64,000 bases of DNA from Polyangiales bacterium (GCA_038231275.1 JBBRLQ010000004.1:256001-320000); one strand, 5' to 3'. Counted from the first letter of the stretch, positions 27,960 to 37,483 are shown. The notes: generated from the letters alone by a model not told the origin. Translations and numbers: made by a program.

Positions 27960-29300
27960 TCACGCGGTCGCCCTCGCGTCCTCGGTCTCGCCGAGCTCCG
28001 GCGCGGTCACGCCGGCCGCGCCGGTTCCGTCGATGTACCGGCGCACGACGCGCCTGTAGTCGGCCGCCGCGTTGGAGTCGCCCGCGTACTCGAAGATCGT
28101 CTTGCCCTGCGCGGGCGCCTCTTTGATCTTGATCGTCGAGCGCACCGGGCTGAGGCATCGCTCGCCGAAGTGCTGCTGGAGGGTGTCGACCGCGTCGCGG
28201 CAGATGCGCGCGCGCGCGTCGTAGAACGTCGGCAGGACGCCGTAGATCTCGACAGGGTGATGGAGGAGGCTGTTGACGTTCTTGACCGTCTTGATGACCT
28301 GCCGCACGCCAACGAGCGAGAGGAAGTCGCACGCCACGGGCACCAGGATGCCCTCGGCAAAGACGAGCGCGTTCTGGTTCATGAGCGAGAGCGACGGTGA
28401 GCAGTCGAGGACGACGACGTCGTAGCCCTCGCACGCCGACGCGAGGCGCTGCTGGAGGATGCGGTCGCGGTTCTGCCGTCCCGCGAGGTAGAGTTCGGCG
28501 GCCGCGAGCGTCTCGTTCGACGCCACGAGATCGAGGTTCGGGCGCACGGGAATCGCGACGTCGGACGGGCGGAGACCCATCACGAGCACGTGGTAAAGCG
28601 AGCGCTCCGCCTTCACGCCGAGCGAGACGCCAACGTTGCCCTGCGAGTCCGTGTCGACGAGCAGAACCTTCAGTCCCTCGGCGGCGAGGCCCGCGGCGAC
28701 GCTCACCGTGGTGGTGGTCTTGCCGGTGCCGCCCTTGTGGTTGAAGACGGCGAGACGTCGGGGGCCATGGATCTTGCGGCGCGCGACGACGGGTGCGCGC
28801 ATGGGGGAAACGGGGGCGCCGCCGGTGACGGTCGCGGTCGGAGCCGGAGCCGCGGTCGGCGTCGCGGTCGTGGTCGGCGTCGCGGTCGGCGTCGCGGTCG
28901 TGGTCGTGGTCGCGGTCGGCGTCGCGGTCGTGGTCGTGGTCGGGTGATAAATCGGTGCGAGCGTGGGCGTCGGTGCCGGCAACACCGCAGGAGGAGGGGC
29001 GGTCATCGCGCCGAGACGCGCGCCGCCGGCTTCCGCAAGCAGCTGGGTGCGGCACGGGTCGGAGCACGCATACCGGCGCTGTCCCTGCACGCGGAGCACC
29101 TGCGAGACGAGCTCGACGCTGAAGCGCTTACTGCACCCGTCACACGTCGCGCCGCCCGACGTCTCGCCGCGCATCGCCTTGCCGTGGCAGTGCTGGGAGC
29201 AATAAAACGCGAAGCCGCCGTCTCGCTCTTCCATCTGGTAGCGAAACTGCACTTCGAATGTAGTGCCGCATACGCTGCAGCCTTCGGACATCGCCGCCAT
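27960..29300 (-). CDS. ParA/Soj-family ATPase with two N-terminal TRASH/zf-FCS-like Cys domains and Pro/Thr linker
   Basis: CSVC...YCSQHC and CDGC...ACSDPC; deviant Walker A KGGTGKTT, DTDSQGN, LDCSPS, EAPAQG. Confidence 0.9.
   Translation of the reverse strand: MAAMSEGCSVCGTTFEVQFRYQMEERDGGFAFYCSQHCHGKAMRGETSGGATCDGCSKRFSVELVSQVLRVQGQRRYACSDPCRTQLLAEAGGARLGAMTAPPPAVLPAPTPTLAPIYHPTTTTTATPTATTTTTATPTATPTTTATPTAAPAPTATVTGGAPVSPMRAPVVARRKIHGPRRLAVFNHKGGTGKTTTTVSVAAGLAAEGLKVLLVDTDSQGNVGVSLGVKAERSLYHVLVMGLRPSDVAIPVRPNLDLVASNETLAAAELYLAGRQNRDRILQQRLASACEGYDVVVLDCSPSLSLMNQNALVFAEGILVPVACDFLSLVGVRQVIKTVKNVNSLLHHPVEIYGVLPTFYDARARICRDAVDTLQQHFGERCLSPVRSTIKIKEAPAQGKTIFEYAGDSNAAADYRRVVRRYIDGTGAAGVTAPELGETEDARATA
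28830..28945. repeat. Coding hexamer-type tandem repeats (Pro/Thr/Ala linker of ParA)
   Basis: Repeated gtcgcggtcg/tggtcggc units encoding PTTTTTATPTAT. Confidence 0.8.
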
Positions 29301-29389
29301 GGGTAGCCTCCCGTGTAGGCTCCACTAGCCAGAACGGGGCGGGTTTGGCCAAATAAGTGGCTACCGAAATCCGCGCGCTCGCGACGGGC

Positions 29390-30946
29390 TCAATGGCGGA
29401 AGTGACGGACGCCGGTGAAGATCATGGCGAGGTTGTGCGCGTTGGCCATCGCGATCACGTCGGGATCTTTCACGCTGCCGCCCGGCTGCGCGATGGCGGT
29501 GATTCCTGCTTTCGCAGCCGCCTCCACGCCGTCCGGAAACGGGAAGAACGCGTCTGAAGAAAGGACGCTCCCCTTCGCGAGAGCACCCGCCTTTTCGACG
29601 GCGATCTGGACGCTGATGACGCGCGACATTTGCCCGGCGCCGACGCCGACGGTGCGCTCGCCGTGCGCGAGCACGATGGCATTCGACTTCACGTGTTTGC
29701 AGACACGCCACGAAAACTCCAGAGTTTTTCGCTCCTGTTCGGTGGGCGGTCGCGCGCTCACGACCCTCCCGTTCAGGACCTCATCACGACCGGTTGCGTC
29801 GCGCGTCTGCACGACGAGGCCGCCGCCCACGCGCTTGTACTGGAGCGCCGCGTGGCCCGCGTCGAGCCATGCGCCCGTCGCGAGGAGGCGCAGGTTCTTC
29901 TTCGCGCGCAGCACCTCGAGCGCTGCCGTCGAGTAGCTCGGCGCGACGACGCACTCGAGGAACGTCTCCGCGAGGATCTTCGCGGTGGTCTCGTCGACCT
30001 CGCGGTTGAGGGCGACGATCCCACCGAACGCGGAGAGCGCGTCGGCGTCGCGCGCCACCTTGTAGGCGTCGGGCAGCGCGTCGGCGACGGCGACCCCGCA
30101 CGGGTTCGTGTGCTTGACGACGACCGCCGCGGGACGCTCGAACTCGCGGACCGCATCGAGCGCGGCCTCGACGTCGACGAGGTTGTTGAAGCTCAGCTCC
30201 TTGCCGCCCGCCCCCAGGCTCTCCGCGCGCGCGAGGGACCCAGGCGCCGCGTTCTTTTCAATGTAAAATGCGCCCTGCTGGTGCGGGTTCTCTCCGTACC
30301 GAAGGCCATACGCCTTCTCGAACGGCAAGGTCAGGTACCCGGGGAACTGCGCGCGCGTCCCGTCGACCTGGTGGCCAGAGAGGTAGCCGCTGATCGCCGC
30401 GTCGTACGCCGCGGTGTGCGCGAAGGCCTTGGCCGCCAGCTCCGCGCGCGTCGCTGCGGTGACGCCGCCCGACTCCGTGAGCTCCTTCGCGACGCGATCG
30501 TAGTCCGTGGGATCGCACACCACCGCGACCCGCGCGTGGTTCTTCGCCGCGGAGCGCACCATCGACGGTCCGCCGATGTCGATGTTCTCGATGATGTGCT
30601 CGTGCGTAGAGCCCGCCGTCGCCACGGTTTTTTCGAACGGGTAGAGGTTCACGATCACCAGATCGATCTCGCGCCCGCCGAGCTTCTCGAGATCCTTCTC
30701 GTCGACCTTGCCGCGCGAGAGGATGCCGCCGTGCACGCGCGGGTGCAGCGTCTTCACACGACCGCCCATCACCTCCGGCGAGCCGGTGTACGACTCGACG
30801 GTCTCGACCTCGACGCCCTCGTCGGCGAGCGCCTTCGCGGTGCCGCCGCTCGACAGGATCCTCACGCCCTGCTTCACGAGCGCGCGCGCGAACGGGAACA
30901 AGCCGGTCTTGTCGCTGACGGAGATGAGCGCGGTTTTTTGTGCCAT
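29390..30946 (-). CDS. purH: Bifunctional AICAR formyltransferase/IMP cyclohydrolase
   Basis: ALISVSDKTG, GRVKTLHP, IDIGGPSMVRSAAKN, LRYGENPHQ, KHTNPCG, SDAFFPFPD, FTGVRHFRH. Confidence 0.98.
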   Translation of the reverse strand: MAQKTALISVSDKTGLFPFARALVKQGVRILSSGGTAKALADEGVEVETVESYTGSPEVMGGRVKTLHPRVHGGILSRGKVDEKDLEKLGGREIDLVIVNLYPFEKTVATAGSTHEHIIENIDIGGPSMVRSAAKNHARVAVVCDPTDYDRVAKELTESGGVTAATRAELAAKAFAHTAAYDAAISGYLSGHQVDGTRAQFPGYLTLPFEKAYGLRYGENPHQQGAFYIEKNAAPGSLARAESLGAGGKELSFNNLVDVEAALDAVREFERPAAVVVKHTNPCGVAVADALPDAYKVARDADALSAFGGIVALNREVDETTAKILAETFLECVVAPSYSTAALEVLRAKKNLRLLATGAWLDAGHAALQYKRVGGGLVVQTRDATGRDEVLNGRVVSARPPTEQERKTLEFSWRVCKHVKSNAIVLAHGERTVGVGAGQMSRVISVQIAVEKAGALAKGSVLSSDAFFPFPDGVEAAAKAGITAIAQPGGSVKDPDVIAMANAHNLAMIFTGVRHFRH

Positions 30947-30955
30947 TGCGACGGG

Positions 30956-30984
30956 GAGGTACCCCGCCGAACCGAGCCCGTCAA
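30956..30984 (-). promoter_or_regulatory. Sigma70-like promoter for purH
   Basis: TTGACG-N17-TACCTC, 9 nt upstream of the ATG. Confidence 0.45.
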
Positions 30985-30989
30985 TGCAC

Positions 30990-31022
30990 GACGCCCCACG
31001 CGGCGGGGCCGTGCGGGGCGTC
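30990..31022. terminator. GC-rich hairpin between the sigma4 gene and purH (possible terminator, no U tract)
   Basis: GACGCCCC...GGGGCGTC stem with inner CGCGGC/GCCGTG pairing. Confidence 0.4.
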
Positions 31023-31057
31023 AGGAAGAGCTGAAAATAAGGCGGATCGGGCGACGA

Positions 31058-31807
31058 TCAGTCGTCGAGCGCGGCGCTGGCAAACTCCTCGACGTCGAAC
31101 TCCTCGACCGCTTCGGGAGGGGCACTATCCTTCGTCTTCTCGGTCGCGACATCCTCGACTTCGTCGAGGTCCTCGCTCTCCTCTTCGTCCTCTTCCTCGA
31201 CAACCGGGCGCGTGAGCACCGGGAGGCGGCGCTTCCCGACGGGGCCTTCGTCGACGTAGTCGCGGAGCGCGCTCATGTCCTTCAGGGCCTCGAGCTTCGC
31301 GAGCCCCTTCACCTCGACCTGGCGGATGCGCTCGCGGGTCAGGTTCATGATGGCGCCGACCTCTTCGAGGGTCGTCCCGCCACGATCGGACACGTCTAAG
31401 GCGCAGGTCTCGGTCATCTCCCACACCTCCAGATCGGGGAAGTTCAGCTTGATCGCGCCGGTCTTCGCCGACACGTCGAGATAAAGGTGGTGCTTGCACG
31501 AGACGAACGGGCACGGCCGCTCGCCGTTCGCGCACTCGGCGCGCGTGCGCGGCTTGTCGACCGGCGCCTCCGGGTAGAGCATGCGCCCGAGCTCGAGCTC
31601 GCGCTTCGTCATGCGCTTCACGCTGATCGTCCGCGCGCGCACGTCGCGCTTGCGACGCGAACGACGCTGCTCGCGCGTGACGTGCTCTCCCTCCGGCGCG
31701 TCGATCGGGGCGGGGGCGAGCGCGAGGGCTCCCTCCGTCTCCACGGCCATCTCCGGCATGTCCATCGTCTCTTCCTCTTCCGTCCCCGGAACGTGCTTCG
31801 CGTCCAT
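31058..31807 (-). CDS. Stand-alone sigma70 region-4 HTH protein with Cys/His cluster and acidic tail
   Basis: [27 protein letters not shown] matches RpoD region 4.2; C-x6-C-x4-C-x-HH...C cluster; ATG 31807 with GGAGGAG RBS; no region 2. Confidence 0.85.
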   Translation of the reverse strand: MDAKHVPGTEEEETMDMPEMAVETEGALALAPAPIDAPEGEHVTREQRRSRRKRDVRARTISVKRMTKRELELGRMLYPEAPVDKPRTRAECANGERPCPFVSCKHHLYLDVSAKTGAIKLNFPDLEVWEMTETCALDVSDRGGTTLEEVGAIMNLTRERIRQVEVKGLAKLEALKDMSALRDYVDEGPVGKRRLPVLTRPVVEEEDEEESEDLDEVEDVATEKTKDSAPPEAVEEFDVEEFASAALDD

Positions 31808-31982
31808 TCGTGCTCCTCCCGAGTGGATCTCGGCCGGTGGCGCTCGTCCCGCGAGCGTCCGACAAAGATCTCCCTGCGAAGCGAACGTGAGGGTCGCCTC
31901 ACCCACACGCCGCCACAGCCACTTCTTTTGAAACGATTTTGCGGAGACGCGGCAGCGGCCGGCGTCCACGCGGATCGTCTTG

Positions 31983-32504
31983 CTACATCGCTTCCCGCTG
32001 CAGGCGAGCCTGCATGGTCAGCCTCGTCTCCACTCCCGTGATCTTCGCCACGAGCTCTGCTGCGAGGGACCTGGCGTCCGCCAACTCCTTCTGCATCGCG
32101 CGCGTGGCGACCTCTCCGTCCCGGCCGGACTTCACCGCGGTGGCGAACGTCGAGAAAATGCGCTCGAGATTTCTCTCGAGCTCCTCGACGTCCCCCCTCA
32201 CGAAGAGGAACTCTTTCTGAATCTGCTCGATCGTGAACTCGGACATCATCGCCTTCAGCCGCTGAATTCTGCGGATGACGGTGGCGGGATACATCCCCTG
32301 CGAACCGCGATGCCTGCCCTTCAAACCAACACGTACGCTGCGCGGGAGAAGTCCGAGTTGGACGTACTTGCGAAGCGTCGCTTCCGTGAATTTGACTCCC
32401 TTGCGGATGAAGCAACCGAGGATCTCTTCCGACGAGAGCCCTTGCGGGTGCTCGCGCTCGATTCGCGCGAGCTCGTCGTCCGAGAATGCCTCTGCCTGCA
32501 CCAT
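31983..32504 (-). CDS. MerR-like winged-HTH transcriptional regulator
   Basis: [18 protein letters not shown]...[17 protein letters not shown] followed by a coiled coil; start re-assigned to ATG 32504. Confidence 0.75.
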   Translation of the reverse strand: MVQAEAFSDDELARIEREHPQGLSSEEILGCFIRKGVKFTEATLRKYVQLGLLPRSVRVGLKGRHRGSQGMYPATVIRRIQRLKAMMSEFTIEQIQKEFLFVRGDVEELERNLERIFSTFATAVKSGRDGEVATRAMQKELADARSLAAELVAKITGVETRLTMQARLQREAM

Positions 32505-32590
32505 CCGCAGCTGCTCCTGCACACGCGTAAACTGCAGGTTCGCCTGATTCTGCGCCTCCTTGGGAGGGCGATCGGCGCCACGTTCTGACG

Positions 32591-32647
32591 CTTTTGAATG
32601 TATTCTATTCAAAAGAGGACGGTCAACGCCTCTTCGGCGTTTTTTTT
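32591..32647 (-). promoter_or_regulatory. Sigma70 promoter overlapped by a perfect palindromic operator
   Basis: TTGACC (32621-26)-N18-TACATT (32597-602) with an upstream A-tract; dyad CTTTTGAAT-N7-ATTCAAAAG at 32591-32615. Confidence 0.65.
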
Positions 32648-32737
32648 GTGCTGTTCCATAATGGAACTGCTCTCGCGAGCTTAGATCGTAGATGTGACAA
32701 ACAATGTCACTCCAGTGGTCGCGTTTTCGGCGCGTTT

Positions 32738-33733
32738 TCATCGCGACACCGGCGCGGCGGAGGTTCCGCGGAGATCCCGAAGAAGCGCAGAGATCCGCAG
32801 GGATCCGAGATCTCCTGCACTGTAGGGAGCCAGCGCACGAAGGGCGTCGTCTGCACACGCATAACGATCATGTGAGTGCAACTCCAATAAGCGCTCTGCG
32901 GCCTGCAGAAAGCCGAAATCCAGATCCGGACGCACTTCGCTAAGCGAAACGAGGTCGCCGCGCTCGATCGCGCGGAGCTCGTCGATCGCTCCGTTTGCGC
33001 GCCAGGGGCGACGTCGCGCAAGGAGCTCGTAGAGGACGACGCCGACGGCGAAGAGGTCGCACCGCACGTCGAGCGGCCCCCCGCGGGCCTGCTCGGGGGA
33101 GACGTAGCCGAGCTTGCCTTTCACGAGGCTGGGGCGGGTCCACCGGGTGCGGTCGCCCGCCAGCGCGATACCGAAATCCGTGAGTTTCACCTCACCTTCG
33201 TTCGAAAGGAGAATGTTGGTCGGCGTCACGTCGCGGTGGACGAGCCCCGGCAGGACGCGCTGGGCGGCGGCGAGCGCGCGCAAGACTCCGCAGGCGACGT
33301 GCACCGCGACGCGCTCGGATAGGTACGCGCCATGGGGTGCGAGCGACGCCGCCACCGATCCCCGGCACACTGCGCGGAGGTTCTGCCCGCGAACGAGCTC
33401 GAGGACGAGGAACGGCGTGCCGTCGCGCTCCTGCCCGACCGCGAGCAGCGACGCCACGTTCGCGTGCCGGATGCGCGCGAGGAGCCGCGCTTCTTCCCAG
33501 AGGTCGCGGACCGCCAGCTCGCACAAGCGCGAGAGGCGCTTCACGCAGACCTCCTTCGGGAACGCGGCGCCGATCTCGCGCGCGCGGTAGACGGTGCCGT
33601 TCCCACCCGCGCCTATCCGTTCGAGCAGCTCGTAGCGCAGCGTCGCGGGGTTGCCGAGCACACGCCTGATCTCGTCGCCATTTTCGGTTCTCACCCTTCC
33701 CCATCGGCGCGACCGGGGCATTGTTGCGTGCAT
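32738..33733 (-). CDS. Hanks-type Ser/Thr protein kinase (soluble)
   Basis: IGAGGNGTVY, VCVKRL, HRDVTPTNIL, DFG, GYVSPEQ; true start may be up to about 40 nt downstream. Confidence 0.92.
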   Translation of the reverse strand: MHATMPRSRRWGRVRTENGDEIRRVLGNPATLRYELLERIGAGGNGTVYRAREIGAAFPKEVCVKRLSRLCELAVRDLWEEARLLARIRHANVASLLAVGQERDGTPFLVLELVRGQNLRAVCRGSVAASLAPHGAYLSERVAVHVACGVLRALAAAQRVLPGLVHRDVTPTNILLSNEGEVKLTDFGIALAGDRTRWTRPSLVKGKLGYVSPEQARGGPLDVRCDLFAVGVVLYELLARRRPWRANGAIDELRAIERGDLVSLSEVRPDLDFGFLQAAERLLELHSHDRYACADDALRALAPYSAGDLGSLRISALLRDLRGTSAAPVSR

Positions 33734-33825
33734 GCTGCACGGGATTCCGCCCGACGATCGACCGGGCGCAGCGAAGTGCGCGTCTCGGCGCGACTTCTCG
33801 GGGTTAGCGCTATGCTAGCCCCGCT

Positions 33826-34680
33826 TTGACGACCCCCGCGCGCTTCGACCCGGTGACCCGCGACGTGAATGCGCGCGGCACACGCGTGCGCTTCGTCGAG
33901 GCGGGCGACGGGCCGCCGCTGATCCTCGTCCACGGGTACCTGTCGAGCCAGCGGACGTGGGAGGACGTCATGCCGGCGCTCGCCCAGCGTTTTCGGGTGA
34001 TCGCGCCCGATTTGCCGGGGTTCGGCGAGAGCGAGAAGCCGTCGCCCGCGCGCTACGGGTACGGGTTCGAGGCGTTTGCCGACTCGGTCGCGGACGTGGT
34101 GGCGGCGCTCGGCCTCAGTCGCGCCGCCGTCTGTGGACACGGTCTCGGCGGCGCTGTCGGACTGACGCTCGCGGCGAAGCACCCCGCCCTCGTCGATCGC
34201 CTGGTGCTCGTGGGTCCGCACGTCTACTCGGCACGGCTCGGTTTGATGTCGCGCGTCGCCGGCGTGCCCGTCGTGGGCCCGGTCGCGTTCAAGCAGCTGT
34301 ACGGGCGCGCGATGTTCCGGCGATTTTTCCGCGACCACGTCTATGGCACCGCCGAGCCGCCGTGGGCGCGCGTCGACACGCACTTCGACCTGTTCAACGT
34401 CCCCGCCGCGCGCGAGGCGGCGTTCGCCACGACGCAGGCGCTCCTCGACACGCGGGCGATCGTTGCGCAAGTGCCGCGCGTCAACGTGCCTTCGCTCGTC
34501 GTTTGGGGTCGCGGCGATCGCTGCGCGCCGATCTCCGACGGCCGCCGCCTCTCGAGAGAGCTGCGGAGCGCGCGCTTCGAGGTGCTCGAGTCCGGACACG
34601 CTCCACAAGAGGAGTGCCCCGAGGCGTTCGCCCACGTGATGACCCGCTTCCTCGTCGAGGCGGCGGGCAAGGTGGCCTGA
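33826..34680 (+). CDS. Alpha/beta-hydrolase-fold protein lacking the nucleophile (GHGLGG)
   Basis: LVHG, APDLPGFGES, elbow GHGLGG, WGRGD, SGHAPQEE. Confidence 0.85.
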   Translation: MTTPARFDPVTRDVNARGTRVRFVEAGDGPPLILVHGYLSSQRTWEDVMPALAQRFRVIAPDLPGFGESEKPSPARYGYGFEAFADSVADVVAALGLSRAAVCGHGLGGAVGLTLAAKHPALVDRLVLVGPHVYSARLGLMSRVAGVPVVGPVAFKQLYGRAMFRRFFRDHVYGTAEPPWARVDTHFDLFNVPAAREAAFATTQALLDTRAIVAQVPRVNVPSLVVWGRGDRCAPISDGRRLSRELRSARFEVLESGHAPQEECPEAFAHVMTRFLVEAAGKVA

Positions 34681-34683
34681 CGG

Positions 34684-35709
34684 ATGTTCGATCCGCGCGC
34701 GCGCGCCCGTTTCCGACGGAACCGCGCCGCCGTGCTGGGCGCCGGCATCGTCGTCTTCCTCGCGCTCTTTGCGCTGCTCGGTCCGCTGCTCGTCGGGAGC
34801 GATCCGTACACGAGCGATTTCGTCTCCGGCGCGACGCCCGCGCAAAACCCCGCCGGGCCGAGCGCCGCGCACTGGCTCGGAACCGACCGTATTTTCCGTG
34901 ACGAGCTCGCGCGCCTCGCGCACGGGGCGCGCCTGTCGCTCGTCATCGGCGTCGCGGCGACCGTGATCGCCTCGACGGTCGGCGCCTTCGTGGGAATCGT
35001 GGCGGGGTACTACGAGGACACGCCCGGGATCCGTGTCCCGTGGGCGGTCGTCGCATGCGCGTGCGGCGCGGCGGCGCTCGCGGTGTTCGGGAGAGGTGCC
35101 CCGGCGCTCGGCGTCCTCGCGGGCGGCGCCCTCCTCTGGCTTTTCAGCGCGCGCAGCGCACGGACCGCGCTACGGAGCGGTCCAGAGGTCACCGCCGACA
35201 CTGCGCTCATGCGCGTCGTGGACGTCGGCCTGTCGTTTCCGTTTCTCCTCCTCGTCATGGCGGTGGGCGCTGCGCTCGATCGAACGACGACCACCAGCAT
35301 CTTCGTCACGCTCGGCCTCACGGGATGGCTCGGCACCGCACGGATCCTTCGCGCCAAGACGATGCAGATCAAGAAGCACGACTACGTCCTGGCCGCGCGC
35401 GCGCTCGGGCAGTCGACGCTGGCGATCCTCACGCGACACGTGCTCCCAAACGTGGCCGGCCCGCTGATCGTGATCGCGACGCTGTCGGTCGCGCAGATGA
35501 TCGTCGCCGAGAGCGTCCTCAGCTACCTCGGCGTCGGGATCTCGCCGCCCACCGCCACGTGGGGCCACATGCTGTTCGAGGGGCAGGACATCTACCAGAC
35601 GGCGCCGTGGATCCTGGCGTGCCCCGCCGTCGCGATCTTGCTCGCGGTGTTCGGATTCAACCTGCTCGGGGAGGGGCTCCGCGATGCGCTCGACCCGCGC
35701 GAGGACTGA
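34684..35709 (+). CDS. Peptide/nickel ABC transporter permease (DppC/OppC-like)
   Basis: HWLGTD, GARLSL, DYVLAARALG, RHVLPN, ESVLSYLG, FNLLGEGLRDALDP. Confidence 0.93.
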   Translation: MFDPRARARFRRNRAAVLGAGIVVFLALFALLGPLLVGSDPYTSDFVSGATPAQNPAGPSAAHWLGTDRIFRDELARLAHGARLSLVIGVAATVIASTVGAFVGIVAGYYEDTPGIRVPWAVVACACGAAALAVFGRGAPALGVLAGGALLWLFSARSARTALRSGPEVTADTALMRVVDVGLSFPFLLLVMAVGAALDRTTTTSIFVTLGLTGWLGTARILRAKTMQIKKHDYVLAARALGQSTLAILTRHVLPNVAGPLIVIATLSVAQMIVAESVLSYLGVGISPPTATWGHMLFEGQDIYQTAPWILACPAVAILLAVFGFNLLGEGLRDALDPRED

Positions 35710-37483
35710 GCTCGGCCCCCGCACGAGACGTGGGGAACGCCTCACATGTCTCTTCAGTGTATTTCTTTTCAGTATATTTTTCGGTGCCCTGACCGGCTGC
35801 GGCGGTGGGCTCGACGCTCCCCTCCCCCGCGCGCACGACGGGGACGAGACGCCGAGGCGGGGCGGCACTCTGCACCTCGCCTCGTTCGGCGACATCCGCG
35901 GCCTCGATCCGGCGATCACCTCGGACGGCCTCGCCACGCCGGTCCTCTCGCTCCTCTTCGCGGGCCTCGTCGAGTACGACGACGCGGGAAAATTAGTGCC
36001 CGCGCTCGCCGAGCGCTGGGAGGTCGGAGAAGGCGGCACCGAGTACCGCTTCACGCTGCGCGAGGGCGTCCGCTTTCACGACGGCGACGAGCTCACCGCC
36101 GAGGATGTGAAGCGCTCCGTGGAACGCGCGCTGAGCCCGTCGACGCCCAACCCGAACGCGAGCTTCTACGAGAAAATCGCCGGCTACGAAAATTATACTG
36201 AAAAGAAATTACCACACCTCGACGGCGTGCGCGTGCTCGGGCGCTACGTCGTCGCGTTCACGCTCGCCGAGCCCGACGCGACCTTCTTGCCAGCCCTCGC
36301 GCTCACCTCTCTGCGACCCGTTTGCAAGAGCGGTGGGGAGCGCTTCACCGACGGCTGGCACCCGTGCGGGGCGGGCCCGTTCAAGCTGCTGCCCGGCGGA
36401 TGGGAGCACGGGCGCAGCGTCACCGTCGTGCGTCATGAGGGCTACTTCCGACCGGGCCGCCCGTACCTCGACGCGGTGACGTGGACCTACGGGATGGGAA
36501 TCGTCACGCAGCGCTTCAAGCTCGAGTCCGGGGAGGTCGACGCGCTCCAGGATTTTTCTCAGGCCGACATCGTTCGCTTCCAGAGCGATCCAAGGTGGAA
36601 GCCGTTCGGCACGTTCGCGCCCGAGCGCACGGTCTACGGGCAGGCGATGAACGTCGAGATGGCGCCGTTCGACAACGTCGAGATACGTCGCGCCGTGGCC
36701 GCCGCGATCGATCGCGATCACTTCCGCATGGTCTCGCCGGCGCGCACGCGGACCGCGTACCAGGTGCTGCCGCCGTCGGTGCCCGGCTACCGCGAGGATC
36801 TGCCAGGGCGCCAGCGCTACGACGTCGCCGCCGCGCTCGAGCACATGCGACGCGCGGGCTACCCCTACGATCCGGCGACGGGCCGCGGCGGCTACCCGAA
36901 CGTCATCCCCTACTACGCCTACAAGGCGGGAATGACCGAGTACACGGCGCAGCTGATGAAGCAGGATCTCGCGAAGATCGGGCTGCAGATCGAGATCCGA
37001 ATCCTGAGCTTCCCCACGTGGAGCGCGCTCACGCGCAGGCGGGGGAAGGCGGCGTTCTCCGAGGGGAGCTGGCAGATGGACTTTCCGGACGCGAGCGACT
37101 TCTTCGAGCCTCTCTTCTCCGGCAAAGCCATCAACGACGAGGACACCAGCAACAACGCCTTCTACAAGAACGCGCGCGTCGACGCGCTCCTCGCGAACGC
37201 GCACCGCGAGCTCGACCCGAAGGCCCGCGCGGCGATGTATGACGAGGCCAACACGATCGTCTGCGACGAGGCCCCGTGGGCGTTCACGCACGGCGTGCGG
37301 TGGTACGTGGTGTGGCAGCCGTACGTGCGGGGATACAAGACGCACCCGATCCTGAACCAGCACGTCGTCGACGTCTGGCTCGATCGCGAGTCGGAGCGCC
37401 GGGCGGCCGGCGCACCGGGCGGAGCGCGGTCGGGGCTCGGTCGGGCGCTCGGCAGCCTGATCGGCGCGGGAGCGTGGCGGTGA
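35684..37483 (+). CDS. Peptide ABC transporter substrate-binding lipoprotein (family 5)
   Basis: Lipobox LTGC; PALAERWE, FTLREGVRFHDG, GAGPFKL, PFDNVEIRRAV; start uncertain. Confidence 0.9.
   Translation: MRSTRARTELGPRTRRGERLTCLFSVFLFSIFFGALTGCGGGLDAPLPRAHDGDETPRRGGTLHLASFGDIRGLDPAITSDGLATPVLSLLFAGLVEYDDAGKLVPALAERWEVGEGGTEYRFTLREGVRFHDGDELTAEDVKRSVERALSPSTPNPNASFYEKIAGYENYTEKKLPHLDGVRVLGRYVVAFTLAEPDATFLPALALTSLRPVCKSGGERFTDGWHPCGAGPFKLLPGGWEHGRSVTVVRHEGYFRPGRPYLDAVTWTYGMGIVTQRFKLESGEVDALQDFSQADIVRFQSDPRWKPFGTFAPERTVYGQAMNVEMAPFDNVEIRRAVAAAIDRDHFRMVSPARTRTAYQVLPPSVPGYREDLPGRQRYDVAAALEHMRRAGYPYDPATGRGGYPNVIPYYAYKAGMTEYTAQLMKQDLAKIGLQIEIRILSFPTWSALTRRRGKAAFSEGSWQMDFPDASDFFEPLFSGKAINDEDTSNNAFYKNARVDALLANAHRELDPKARAAMYDEANTIVCDEAPWAFTHGVRWYVVWQPYVRGYKTHPILNQHVVDVWLDRESERRAAGAPGGARSGLGRALGSLIGAGAWR

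Noticed and set aside
28830-28945. Tandem repeats as a CRISPR array or centromere (also 38790-38940)
   Set aside because: They are in-frame low-complexity codons for Pro/Thr linkers, with no spacers and no cas genes
30947-31057. Possible ZTP (pfl) riboswitch upstream of purH
   Set aside because: No pfl consensus was seen; a sigma70-like promoter lies only 9 nt from the ATG, and the hairpin is upstream of it
35751-35785. AT-rich imperfect 15-bp tandem (TTCAGTGTATTTCTT/TTCAGTATATTTTT) as an operator
   Set aside because: It is explained by the Phe-rich hydrophobic core of the lipoprotein signal peptide (LFSVFLFSIFF); a regulatory role cannot be supported
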